Positions 1-12,032 of a stretch of DNA of 64,000 nucleotides are shown here, one piece after another (position 1 is the first letter of the stretch; the number at the start of each line of letters is the position of its first letter). The stretch lies in NCBI GenBank assembly GCA_951406725.2, contig OX597819.1:119970001-120034000 (forward strand), in the 5' to 3' direction. The position numbers and the translations under genes are program-made. Below the pieces are notes generated by a model, which saw nothing but the letters and a program-made list of their open reading frames with translations, did not search any database and was not told where the DNA came from. This DNA comes from Octopus vulgaris (Eukaryota).

Positions 1-1229
1 TAGTTCAGTCTTAATGAATAACATTTTTGAGCTGATCGATGAAGGGCAAATACAAATATTCGCAGTCTCCATTCATTATTCTGAGTTGCACTGTCACAGG
101 CAAACTTGAATTTTCACCGGAAGATTTGAATATAAATTTGTTTCATTGTATCAGAGTTTATCTATTGAAGGATGCGTGAGTTAGAACAGCAACATATCCA
201 ACATAAGTCTGAAAATCTTAGGCTTTGGAATTACCCTAAAGCCACTAAGATTACAAAAAATTATTCCTACTGAATTTCATAATATCAATATCATCGACTT
301 AAGATCAGTGAATAGGTTAGAGAGAATAAACTTGAAGGGCAGCAGCGATGCGGCAAGACGCAGAGTGTTGTCGTTTTGTTTCTGTGCATGATATTTGCCA
401 ACCACACCCTGTTTGAATATGGAGGACACGTGTCAATGCATGCAACATTAAATGAATTCTTCAAAAACAACCTATGTGTGAGAACGATCCACATCGAATA
501 CCTTCATCCAAAGACAGCATCTTCAAAACCAGTTCACACTGCTTATTTTTATTCAAATTAATATCGTGTAGGCCTGTTTACTGAGATTAAATTTAATCAC
601 TTTGAAGTGTTTAGTAATTTTATAAAAGCATTAGATATTCATTAAAGCTGTTTTCTAATTTCACTTGGCTTTGGATCACACTGAGTAACACCAAATTATT
701 AATTCCAAGGTGTGACACTGAATCACTGGATCTTCAGTCATTTGATGATATTTATCGCCTCGCTTTTATGTGCAAGTCACTGTTAAAACAGACTATTAGG
801 AATGTATGTGGGTTCATGCTAATTGTATAATCTTCCCAGTTGGTGAAGCATTTTCAGGAACGAGTTAAGAGTATTAAATGGCGTAATGGTTTATTACTGT
901 ATAAATACAGGAGTTGAAAAAAATAATGGAAACACCTAACATCGTAGCATCATAATTTTGAAATATCTATAAAATTGTCAAAACCTTGTTTATTTTTATG
1001 CGTTTTGTTTTTATTTATTTTTTGTGTCTCTTAATATGTTTTGCTACAATTGCTTTTCCTTTGCTGCCGATCCGTTCGTTCGCCCTCTCCCAATCGAACG
1101 TTCGCTTTCCGCCCGCGCCTGGGCAGGGTTTTGTTTTTTCTTTTCGTTTCCACTTTCTCGCGCCTCCTTCCTCGCATCCGACCCCCGGCCTCGTCTTCGT
1201 TTTCTCTTCGCAGCCGAGGACCCAGTCAG

Positions 1230-2443
1230 TCGCGTACCCATCGCAGCCCCCTCCTTTGCCAACCTAGTCATGGGATATCTAGAAATCAGTCTGTATCGTA
1301 AGGTTCTAGAAAGATATGGCAGCCCTTTCTCCCTCTACATAGAAAACAACTGGAAGAGATACCTAGATGACTGTTTCATTCTTTGGCATGAAAATATAGA
1401 GAAACTCAAAGAATTCCACGCAATTTTAAATGGACTGGACGTAAACATCCAATTCACGATGGAATATAGCCAGCAACAACCCCCCTTCCTCGACATCCTC
1501 ATTAAGAAATCTAATAACGTAATAAAAACAGATATATACTACGGATTCCAAGCAATATCTACCATTCAATTCATGCCACCCCAGACACACCAGAATGATT
1601 ATCCCCTTCAATCTAGCAAAAAGGATATGTACTATAGTTTCTAATGCAAACACCAGAGACACACGACTGCATGAACTAAAAGATACACTCATCACCAGGA
1701 ACTACCCACCTTCACTAATTGGCATATGCATTCAACGTGCCCTTCAACTCAACATCCAGGAACTCAAACATCTCAAATTAAAGAAAAATTTACAACCAAA
1801 AGCCTTACCATACATCTCCACACACAACCCTCTCAACAAGGAAGCCTTCGACACCATCCTCCAAAACATATCCCTGCTATAAAAGGACCACTGAATGAAC
1901 TTAATCCCCCAAACACACACGATCATAAAAAGCAAGAGACAGCCCAAATCAATGAAAAGTCTCGTAACACAAGCCCGAATACGCTCTTCAACACTGAAGC
2001 CGACAGTAAAAAAATGTGGAAGACCCAATTGCGGGATATGCGATTATCTAATTGAGGGATCAGAGTTCTCCTTCAAACAGAGACAACGTTTCACAGTGAA
2101 AAGCCACTTCACATGTATTTCGGGGAACCTGATATACACACTAACCTGCTCTGGGTGTCAAGAGCAATACATAGGCCAAACGAAAAATAGTTTACGTAAA
2201 AGAATGGCCCTGCACATATCCCAGATAAAACTTCCCCAAAACAGAAAAATACCATTCAGCCAACACATAGACATTTGCGCCAACAACAAAACTCCAAGCT
2301 TCAGGATTTTCCCACTCTACCAATTCAGGGACGATACAACCTGGAGCCAACGAATTAGTAAAGAAACTCTCTTTATTTCAAAATACAAGCTCCTCCTGAA
2401 CGCGTCTACGGCAAACAATATATCCACCACGGCCTTAGAATAA
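1230..2443 (+). pseudogene. Penelope-like element (PLE) RT + GIY-YIG endonuclease, 5'-truncated and disrupted
   Basis: Motifs read across frames: APSFANLVMG (RT motif B'), RYLDDCF (catalytic DD), PFLDILI, a frameshift near 1543 into TDSKQYL..SCHP..IPFNLAKRI, a stop near 1880, CGRPNCGIC, then NLIYTLTCSGCQEQYIGQT (GIY-YIG). RT followed by GIY-YIG is diagnostic of PLEs. The 3' non-coding part probably runs to the (TA)n at ~3118. Confidence 0.9.
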
Positions 2444-2579
2444 CACAAATACACACGCAAATATTACATTCCTAAGACTCCATGAAAAATCAGCCCTAAT
2501 CACTGCTATATTCCATAAAATGCAAACTTTAAGTCATTCAACACTTCACTACTTTCACTCATTCATATTCTCCCTTCTT

Positions 2580-2645
2580 TTTCTTCTTCTTCTTCTTCTT
2601 CTTCTTCTTCTTCTTCTTCTTCTTCTTCTTCTTCTTCTTCTTCAT
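2580..2645. repeat. (CTT)n microsatellite
   Basis: Direct reading. Confidence 0.95.
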
Positions 2646-3113
2646 CTCCCCCTTCTCCTTCCTTCTCCTTCCTAACTTTATCACTAATGCTTTTTAGAAT
2701 AACACCTACGCAAATTCTATAAACAAAACTTTCAATAGAAATATTTTCATGAATTGAACAGTCACTGCTAGCCTCCTCTGACCATTCAAAATAATACAAT
2801 CATGGCACTCCCAAATTCTTCGTCTTCTACCTCCTCTTCTCCTCCTCCTTCTTCTTCTTCTTCTTCTTCCCTACCAAGAATTCACAACGACCTCGAACCC
2901 ACAAGAGTAAACAAGAGAGACGGAGACAGGCAGAAACAAGGAAAATACCACTTATATTTGAACACTATACAAATATTCTTTTAAAAAACTTTCCTTTTAA
3001 TTTTTCTAAATTTAATTATTTAATTGTTGCAGTTGAAAAAGTCTCAATGACTAGAGCCGGTCCTGAAATGTTCTTTATAAAATTATTTAAGCATTTTCTA
3101 TCCTGACTTGTTT

Positions 3114-3158
<45 letters not shown>

Positions 3159-3197
3159 TAAGTGTATATACATATATAAATGTATATACATATGTGG

Positions 3198-3249
<52 letters not shown>

Positions 3250-4299
3250 ACACATATATAACTATATATTTATGCATATATGTGTGCGTGCGTGTTTATG
3301 TCTGTATCTACCCAGCTGCCTCACAATCGGTTTAGTTTTCTTTACTTCTCCGTTACTGGAGCTACACCAAAACAGACTAATAGGATATGTACAAGTTTTA
3401 GAGAAATACAAGTACTGAATTGGATATGCCTGCCTAAAAATAACTGCAAGGCACTGCCCCAGCTCGGCCACAATTTAATGACTGTAACCAAAATAAGTTT
3501 TCTAAGACTCAGTCTTGGTTACTTCACTTCTTTGTTCATGCCATCTTTCTTTTATATCACTTCAACACGAATTTGACTTTGCTGACCTTTGGTGACACAG
3601 CAGCCAATAAGAGACTAGGCTGACCCAAGATAACGGCATTCTATTCCTATCACTAATTAATGAGTTTATGAGAAAGCAGCACGTGTTGATTAGCATATAA
3701 TAATATTGTATTTTTATACAGGCCTTCTTTCTCTAATCTATTTGTATGAATACAGTTGAAACCTATTAAAATTTTTTTTTATTAATCCTTATCTGTTCAG
3801 TTGTTATCCGCACATCAAGTCAAAATTGAAATCATGCAAATTTCTGCCGTGTTAAAACTTAGCAACGTATTTCTCAAACTGCGAATACGTTGACCCTTAA
3901 CAGTAAACCCTAAATGTATGCAACTATAAATCTGAATTAATTCGGTTTAGGAGTATTTTATAATTTCCAAAAGCTTTGAACTTAAATTTTGAATAGGAGC
4001 GTATGATGATCTTGGAGAAAAACAAACATGCATATACCATTGATCCACCAAGCAGAAATCAATCAAATATGATGACTTAATGGCAACAAAGCTACAGAGA
4101 AGAAGTCTGAATCGCTTCCAAGAACGAAAATGATCTCCCAATAGGAACGCAGAGAATCATTTAAAATCTGTATCAAGAAAATACGTCTGCATTGGGTTAT
4201 TTTCTGCCGGATCCATCAGAAACGCTTATTTCTGAAAGGGCCCGAAGGAAGGGGTTCTTAAGGAATTTGCTCCCTCGACCATCCCAGATATTAGTGGGC

Positions 4300-4557
4300 G
4301 CAGAGGATAAGATGAGATATCTGCGGCGATTTCATCTCTATCGAAGGAGAGGGGCTTTCTCCGTCCGTGTTGCGGATCCGTGGAATATTCTGCTGGACGA
4401 GATAGTGAAGATGCCGACGACCGCTCGGTTCAAAGTCTCTCTTGACCAGAAATGGCCTGAAATCTTTGCATGAACACCTTCCCTGTACATAACTCCATGT
4501 CCCCCTACATGGCCTTGCTTTTTGCTTTTTGAGCCAAAAAATTAACTTAACTTAAAC
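4300..4557 (+). mobile_element. CR1-group LINE 3' fragment
   Basis: RRRGAFSVRVADPWNILLDEIVKMPTTARFKVSLDQKW resembles the CR1 ORF2 C-terminus (FS.RV...WN.LP...V......FK..LD). A short 3' UTR ends in (AACTT)n. Confidence 0.75.
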
Positions 4558-4749
4558 AATATGAATGGAACGACAGCAATCCCACCACAACTACCATCTC
4601 CACCACAAACACCCCTCAAACAATAAGCACCACCACCACCACCACAACCACAACCACCAACAGAAAGACCTATTAAATGATTTTAAACGTCGACACACCC
4701 ACACCACATTGTGTGGATTAAATCCAGATGTTGACTTCAAAGTTTAGCA

Positions 4750-5085
4750 TAGTTATGAAACTCGCTTTTTCAACTATTTGGTTTTGAGTTCAGAATGACT
4801 GCACTGCGACTTAAGCCCACCAATGCCTTAGGAGTGAATTTGGTAGACAGAAACTGTGTGAAAGCCCGTCGTACAAATACATGTGTATGCGTTGCCCCCA
4901 CGCTTTACAGCTTGTGTTGATTTGTTTATGTCTCTTATACTTAGCAGTTCGTCAACGTAAAACGACCGAATATATATCGGGCTTAAAATATCAGTACTGA
5001 GGGCGACTTGTGCCGCTAAAACATTTTAACGGGGTAACCCAACGGAGCCGAAGTCCAAAAACTGACACGAGTAAAAAATAAAACT
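4750..5085 (+). mobile_element. Degenerate SINE family A copy
   Basis: Blocks gagtgaatttggtagacagaaactg and cttagcagttcg match family A. Confidence 0.6.
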
Positions 5086-6015
5086 CGACCTGTAATCATC
5101 TGAACAGAGATGGAAAATCAGTAAAAGAGTTGTATAATTAGGAGAAGAAATTCCTTCATATAATGTCATCAAAAAAGTATTTTATTCTTTTATTTTTTCG
5201 AAAATCCAGAATGCAGCACAATGTCTGAATTGTTTTCCGTGACACGACATAGTAGTGCTTTAACTTTATGATGACGCATGGATTAGTGATGAGAATGGAA
5301 TCATGAATTGAATAGCCCACACAAATGCCAAATTATCAGAATAAAGTAATTAAATATTTGAACATGAAAACAAGACAAGAGACTCTGTTCTTTCCTCTGC
5401 TAGATTAAAAAAGAATACCGCCGAAAATCTGGCCCCATAAAATCCATTTAGTCCTTTATATATCTAAAATTACTACACGACTTGTTTCCTTGTCTGTTTC
5501 TATGCATGGAGATATCGTTGGTCCGGAAGCTTTCTGATGAAAGACAGATGGATATAATATACCATAAGCATTTCTTGGTAATCTGTTTGAGTACTTCAGT
5601 TCACTGACATGACAATTTCGAAATAGTTCATTTAATGTTGAACACAATGAACTTGAAAAAAGATAAAAGAAAGAGTTATTAAATGCAATCAACTGAAAAA
5701 TTGCATTACTGCATATACTGTACCAACCGAATTTACATCAGGTCAAAGCAACGGAGCAATAGAATACGTGCTAAAACAAAGCAATCAACTTGTGTTAATG
5801 GTGTCTCCAAGTCGTCCGTACTGTATAAAACTGTGCAATTATTCTACGCACAAAAGATACTATTATTACGACTCATAAAAGCGGGGAGCTTGTAGAATCG
5901 TTAACACGTCGGGCAGAAGGTTTTGTGGCCATTCTTCTGGCATTCTGTACCAAGTTCAACGGCATGTGAGTAAATTCAGTCGACGGGGACCGGGTGGAAA
6001 TTGTATGCAACACAC

Positions 6016-6070
<55 letters not shown>

Positions 6071-6099
6071 TATACGTATGTATATATACTCTTTTTACT

Positions 6100-6245
6100 C
6101 TTTTACTCTGTTACTAGTTTCAGTCATTTGACTGCGGCCATGCTGGAGCACCACCTTTAATCGAGCAAATCGACCCTGGGACTTATTCTTTTATAAGCCC
6201 AGTACTTATTCTATCGGTGTCTTTTGCCGAACCGCTAAGTAACGG
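6100..6245 (-). mobile_element. SINE family A 3' portion
   Basis: tcagtcatttgactgcggccatgctggagcacc...gccgaaccgctaagt, the reverse complement of the family A tail. Confidence 0.85.
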
Positions 6246-6254
6246 TATATATAT

Positions 6255-6536
6255 ATAATTTAAATAATGAGGGAGATAAATTGAATATTAATTTAATTAA
6301 TGACAATTTAAAACCATTAGCCTAGCATATTTAAAAAATATGAAAAATCAGAAAAAATTTCAATACATGTGTGTATATTTAGGGATAAAGCACTAGGTGG
6401 ATCACCAATGCGCTAGAAGAAGATCTCAAAGAATGTCCTCCAGAGAACATTCTTTTCTTTGTAGTTAGATCATATGTGATCTTCTTCTAGCGTATTGGTG
6501 ATCCACCAAGTGCTTTATCCCTAAATATATACACTC
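6255..6536. mobile_element. (TA)n-flanked non-coding element with ~55-bp internal inverted repeat
   Basis: 6371-6425 is the near-perfect reverse complement of 6478-6534. A related copy lies at 32285-32600. Confidence 0.7.
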
Positions 6537-6573
6537 ACTCACACACACACGCACAAACACACATTATATAGAG

Positions 6574-6623
<50 letters not shown>

Positions 6624-7597
6624 AGATACAAATGTACATGTGGTGGTGTTCTTGTCGCTGTGTTTGTCACAAAATCCCACCACTTAACCGGTGTTGGTTT
6701 CATTACATCCTGTAATGTAGCGGTTCGGCAAGGGAGAACCCATAAAATAGGCACCTTATGAAAACATCAATAGCGGGGTCGATGCCTTCGACTAAAACCC
6801 TTCAAGTGAATCCTCCCGGACAGCCGCAGTCCTATAACTGAAAGAAGTAAAGTACAAAGGATGAATACAGAATACTTTTTGCCATTTTATTTTTCCCTTT
6901 GATCAAACAAGCGGGGAATCTACTTTGCATGTCAGTTTTGTATTTAACATAATTCAAAAGAATTTCTTCTTCACGCTGAGGGATTTTTTTCTTTTTTTTT
7001 CTTTTCCTTTTTTTTTTGTCTTTGTTTTTTTAATTTATACCGTCAGTGTATATATTTGGTATGGAAGTCTTTGCATTCTCTGAATTTATTCCATTTTACT
7101 TCTTCATTGAATACGTGTTTGTATTTGAATGTGTATGACATTTTTTGCTTTGAACGCTTCACTTCTGAGGTTTGGAGCTGCCTTCAAAATTTATTCTCTT
7201 TTGTTTCCATTTTTGGTTCTTTTCTCCTTCTTTTCTTCTTTGCTTCTACCTTCTGTTGTTTCTTCTTCCGATGTTTTTCATTGCCAACTTTTTATCGAGT
7301 TCATTCAGTTATTGATTTATTTCCCTTTATCAGAAGAATTTTCCTCCTTTACAGTATGTGTCAAAGTTAGTTTATAATATATCCCCATATTGTATGTAGT
7401 GTATCAGATTAAAATAAGTAATTGCAGTTTATATCGCCAAGGTTGCAGGCTGAGGAAGGTGGCGACATCGATTTTGCTTATATTTAACTATATGTGTGTG
7501 TGTGCGTGCGTGAAATGTGTCGTGTGTCTGTGTGTTTGTGTATGCATGTGTGTAAAGCAGAGCAAAGGTTCGCAGGTAATATTATTAGGTTGGTTAT

Positions 7598-7845
7598 AAG
7601 GCGGCGAGCTGGCAGAATCGTTAGCACGCCGGGCCAAATGCTTAGCGGTATTTTGTCTGCCGCTACGTTCTGAGTACAAATTCTGCCGAGGTCGACTTTC
7701 CCTTTCCTTTTGGGGTCGATTAAATAAGTACCAGTTACGCACTGGGGTCGATATAACATATTGATAAAACTGAAATGAGACCATCCGTTTTTCTCTCCAT
7801 GTGTGTCCCTTCTATGTTTAGCCCCCTGTGGGTCGATAAAACAAG
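7598..7845 (+). mobile_element. tRNA-derived SINE family B (Meta-domain-like central block)
   Basis: Head ggcggcgagctggcagaatcgttagc with a B-box-like gagt(t/a)caaattc. Central block cctttcggggtcgataaat..agtaccag. Many copies in the window. Confidence 0.85.
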
Positions 7846-7934
7846 GACCAGTTAAGCGCAAGCTTCATGGTGATCGACTTAACCCATCTCCAAATTTACT
7901 GTCCTTGTGGTAAAACCTGTATCCAATTTTATTT

Positions 7935-8620
7935 GGTTGAATTTCTGTATTAATTTTGCAGATACTGTTGAATTCTGGGGAGGAATTACAACAAGTAAAT
8001 GCATACACCTGGGATAGGTCTCATTTCAGTTTTATCAATCTGTTATAAAAATTAATCAATGGTTCAATTAGTGCAAAGATTATTTTATCAAAGTTCTATT
8101 GACACGGTCTGCGAGGTTATCGACTTTTCAGGCATTGTAGCCGTTTGGGAACGTCATACTACCAGCAAATACATACACCTGGGGTAGGTCTCTTTTCAGG
8201 TTTATCAATATGTTAGAAAAATTAACCAGTAGTTCAATTGGCGAAATGATTATTTTATCAAAGTTCTATCGATAGGGCCTGTGAGGTTATCAATTTTGTA
8301 TGTATTGTTGCATTTGGGAACGTCATACGGTCAGTAAATACATACACCTTGGGTAGGTCTCATTTCAATCTGAGAGCAAAATTAATCAATAGTTCTATTG
8401 ATGAAACGATTATTTTATCAAAGTTATAGTGATATAGTCTGAGAGGTTATCAATTTTGCAGATATTATTTCATTTTGGGAAGGTCATACTATCAGGAAAT
8501 AAAAAAAATCTTGTGTGGGTCTCATTTCAGTTTTATCAATATGTTACAAAAAGTTAATTGGTGAAACGATTACTTTATCCAGGTTCTATCAATACATTCT
8601 GTGATGTTATCAATGATTGT
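7935..8620. repeat. ~170-bp tandem minisatellite, about 4 diverged copies
   Basis: catacacct recurs at ~8002, 8172 and 8341. ggtctcatttcagttttatcaat and gattattttatcaaagttcta recur in each unit. Confidence 0.85.
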
Positions 8621-8765
8621 GAGTCAGTTAAGAAGCTCTCACTCCTCATCGCTTCATGTTTATTGAACGTCCTGTGTTATAAGTTTTATCATAGTAGTTT
8701 TATTAAGGTAGTTGAGCCGGCCAAGATGTTAAGCCGTCGAACAAAATCCCGCTAAATATTTCTTC

Positions 8766-8935
8766 AGGTGCTGGAGTGGCTGAGTGGTAAGTAGCTTGCT
8801 TACCAACTACATGGTTCCGGGTTCGTTCCCACTGCGTGGTACCTTGGGAAAGTGTCTTCTACTATAGCCTTGGGCCGACCAAAGCCTTGTGAGTGGATTT
8901 GGTAGACGGAAACTGAAAGAAGTCCGTCGTATATA
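8766..8935 (+). mobile_element. SINE family A 5' half (tRNA head + CORE-like block)
   Basis: ggagtggctgagtggtaag (A-box), ggttcgttccc (B-box), accttgggaaagtgtcttc (CORE-like). Confidence 0.85.
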
Positions 8936-8941
8936 TGTATG

Positions 8942-8977
<36 letters not shown>

Positions 8978-9064
8978 GGAGTGGTGTTTGTGTGTGTATA
9001 AGGGTAAAGACCTTCTTCGGTATTGAATGACCATGAGATTGAACCCAGAATGTCCGATCAAGGT

Positions 9065-9310
9065 TTATGGACGATCACAGCAGTTGTCTATGCATATCAC
9101 ATTCTCCTTTCCACGCCATTGATGCTAGCCTAGGAAAAGTTAAAGGCCGATACAGCTTGGAACCAGTGACGTCGGAAGCAATTTTTACAGATAAGTGAAC
9201 CAGAGCGACATGAAATAAAGTTTTCTTGGTGAAGAGCACAGCACACAATCCGGTCCGGTAATCGAACTCACAACCTCGTGATTGTGAGCCCGACACTTTA
9301 CGCCTTCAAG
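9065..9310 (-). mobile_element. tRNA-derived SINE family D
   Basis: The minus strand has gagttcgattacc (B-box) followed by aagaaaactttatttcatgtcgctc. Relatives lie at ~35180-35380 (-), 54430-54690 (+) and 56535-56620 (+). Confidence 0.6.
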
Positions 9311-9374
9311 TACACAAACACAAACACACACACAAACACACACACACATACATATACAAACATCGTTAGCCACT

Positions 9375-9560
9375 ACACACATTTGTTTCTCTCCTCGTTT
9401 CTCTCCTTGTTTTTTTTTTTTTTGTGTGTCCCTTTCTGTAGAAGAGCGTAGGCTCGAAACGTTAAATACTTTTTTCTATTCCTGAGCGTTATACTAATAC
9501 ATCTGTTTGTTTTGTACACCACCTGTCTTTGTCTTTTGTTTTTTCGTAAACTCTCCCTAT
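9375..9560 (+). mobile_element. Short (TA)n-tailed element with variant minimal hammerhead (9433-9466)
   Basis: tttCTGTAGAA-GAGC-gtag-GCTC-GAAAC-GTT-aaa. Same family as 18817-18931, 21296-21541 and 59200-59385. Confidence 0.7.
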
Positions 9561-9902
9561 ATATATACACACATATATTTGTGTGTGTGTGTGTGTTTGT
9601 GTTTGTGTGTGTATAAAAGAATACTTGCACTCTGGCTATGTTAAAATATAATATTTTACGATTTAAATAATAGACATGATGAACGTGTTTTGAATGTTAA
9701 TATGCTGATACCACAGAATAGAAGCTTTTAAATTTCTGACTTTATATTATATCCTATATACATACCCCATTACCGATGCCGAACAAATTATTTTCTTGAA
9801 AATTACTTCGCTCACGGTCATTGCGATTTTCATAACAATGTTATATCGTGTCTGCTGACTATGCTAATGCAATTACTGTCGTTGACATTGTTGCTTCTTT
9901 TG

Positions 9903-10000
9903 TCTTCTTCTTCTTCTTCTTCTTCTTCTTCTTCTCCTTCTTCTTCTTCTTCTTCTTCTTCTTCTTCTTCTTCTTCTTCTTCTACTTCTTCTTCTTCTTC
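9903..10000. repeat. (CTT)n microsatellite
   Basis: Direct reading. Confidence 0.95.
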
Positions 10001-10294
10001 CAGTCAGGACTCACGTCATTAGCCACAAAGGATAATCTCTAATTCCAGCCTACTCTGAACTACTAAGAATGCATGTGGCAACTTGAAGATCCACCCACCA
10101 CACGCGATAGAATGGCGGTTGCACTGGCGCGAAAACTACGTTGTTATCCTCATTCCGTAAACGGTGGCTTTTTAACAGGTGGAGAGCAGAACCATCCTGG
10201 GGTACAGAGGAGTGGCAATCAAGACTAGGGTCTTAAAGTTTACCACACCATAGTGGGTTACACCATGGTTCCTCTGCTTTGTGGCAGAAGTAGA

Positions 10295-10484
10295 AACAAA
10301 GAGTGAGAGAAAGTTGTGGTGAAAGAGTACAGCGGATTTCACCAAACACCACCCGCCCCACCACCCGCCGGAGCCTCGTGGAGCTTAGGTGTTTTTGCTC
10401 AATAAACACTCACAATGCCCGGTCTGGGAATCGAAACTGCGTGCTTATGACCGCTGCCCTAACCACTGGGCCATTGCGACTCCA
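10295..10484 (-). mobile_element. SINE family C 5' portion
   Basis: Reverse complement of the family C head seen at 33604 (cagtggttagggca...tttcgattcccagaccgggc). Confidence 0.8.
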
Positions 10485-10812
10485 GTATTGCTGTTGTTGA
10501 TGGTGAGGTGGAATTGGAAGAAGACTGTGGAAACGGCAACGACGATGATGCGAATATATTTGGTCTTTTATTGGATCGTACGGTATGTGATTTATTACTT
10601 GAATGTTGTCCAGTATTTTTAGGAACCCCTGATGATATATGGGGTGATTTACAGTCATTGAACTCACATACATTGGATATCTAAAAGATATACTCCACCG
10701 CTAATATGAATAACGGTGCATTCGTTTTACTTTAGTTTTCGCTGCTACTAGCAGAGTTGAACTATGCACCAAGATACTTATTTACAGCTGTATAGTAAGG
10801 TGTAGTTAGTAA

Positions 10813-10822
10813 GAGATAGATG

Positions 10823-10880
<58 letters not shown>

Positions 10881-10927
10881 CAGACAGATAGACAGACAGA
10901 TAGATAGACAGATATATAGATAGATAG

Positions 10928-10961
<34 letters not shown>

Positions 10962-10997
10962 GTAGGTGGATGGATAGATGGATAGATAGATAAATAA

Positions 10998-11039
<42 letters not shown>

Positions 11040-11060
11040 GGATGGATGGATGGATGGATG

Positions 11061-11137
<77 letters not shown>
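10813..11137. repeat. (GATA)n/(GATG)n microsatellite
   Basis: Direct reading. Confidence 0.95.
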
Positions 11138-11633
11138 GCAACGCACGTATACAGATATAAATTAGAGAACGAGAGGCTTCAATAACTGACCATACATGCA
11201 GTGAAGCATTTTTCACAAACGATCTACGTACCATCGACATATTTCTCTTTAAGCTGGCACTTCTATCAGCATCAACCAATATGATGTAAATCTCTGAAGA
11301 ATCATCCATAAAAGATCGATACGTTTCCAAAAGATGTATAAAAATTATTGATCCCAAAATTTCCATAGTCGTCCTCTCTTAATCATTGGCGCTCTGCTAC
11401 AGTTCTTAGTGAAAAAATATTTCTCTGGTGAAACCCTGTAATTTTTTTCAACCATCAACATATATAATCGAATATAGAAATAACAATTTCGGAATATATG
11501 TTTTATAGTATCATCCATTCTTACATTAAATTAAGCCCAATATATTACAGGTAAAGATACGATACCTAGAAATATTGCTACTGACCCTAACTAGAAAGTT
11601 TTGTTAATGGTCGCAATATAATTCTATGAAGAA

Positions 11634-11822
11634 TTTGACTGTGGCCATGCTGGAGCACTGCCTTTAGTCGAGCAAATCGACCCCGGACTTATTCTTTGTC
11701 AGCCTAGTACTTATTCTGTCGGTTTCTCTTGCTGAACCGCTAGCTGAGGGGGACTTAAACACACCAGCATCGGTTGAGAAGCGATGTTGGGGGAACAAAC
11801 ACTGACACACAAACGTATACAT

Positions 11823-11869
<47 letters not shown>

Positions 11870-12032
11870 GATATATATATATATACGACGGACTCCTTTC
11901 AGTTTCCGTCAACCAAATCCACTCACAAGGCTTGGTCGGCCCAAGGCTATAGTAGAAGACACTTGCCCAAGGTGCCACGCAGTGGGACTGAACACGGAAC
12001 AATGTGTTTAGTAAGCAAGCTACTTACCACAG
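11634..12032 (-). mobile_element. SINE family A, near full length
   Basis: Head, CORE-like block, internal (TA)/(CA) microsatellite and tail all present. Confidence 0.9.

Noticed and set aside
1-561. Short ORFs and coding-like composition at the window start
   Set aside because: No recognisable motif or splice-consistent frame. Possibly a decayed transposon, but I cannot support a call.
3040-3085. Possible hammerhead in the PLE 3' region (ctcaatga...tgaaatgtt)
   Set aside because: The core and stems are too degenerate to fold.
10778-11366. Long ORFs with YLSI, IYIY, HTHT or MYVC runs (also 21.7-23, 41, 45.9 and 49.7 kb)
   Set aside because: These are stop-free translations of microsatellites, not genes.
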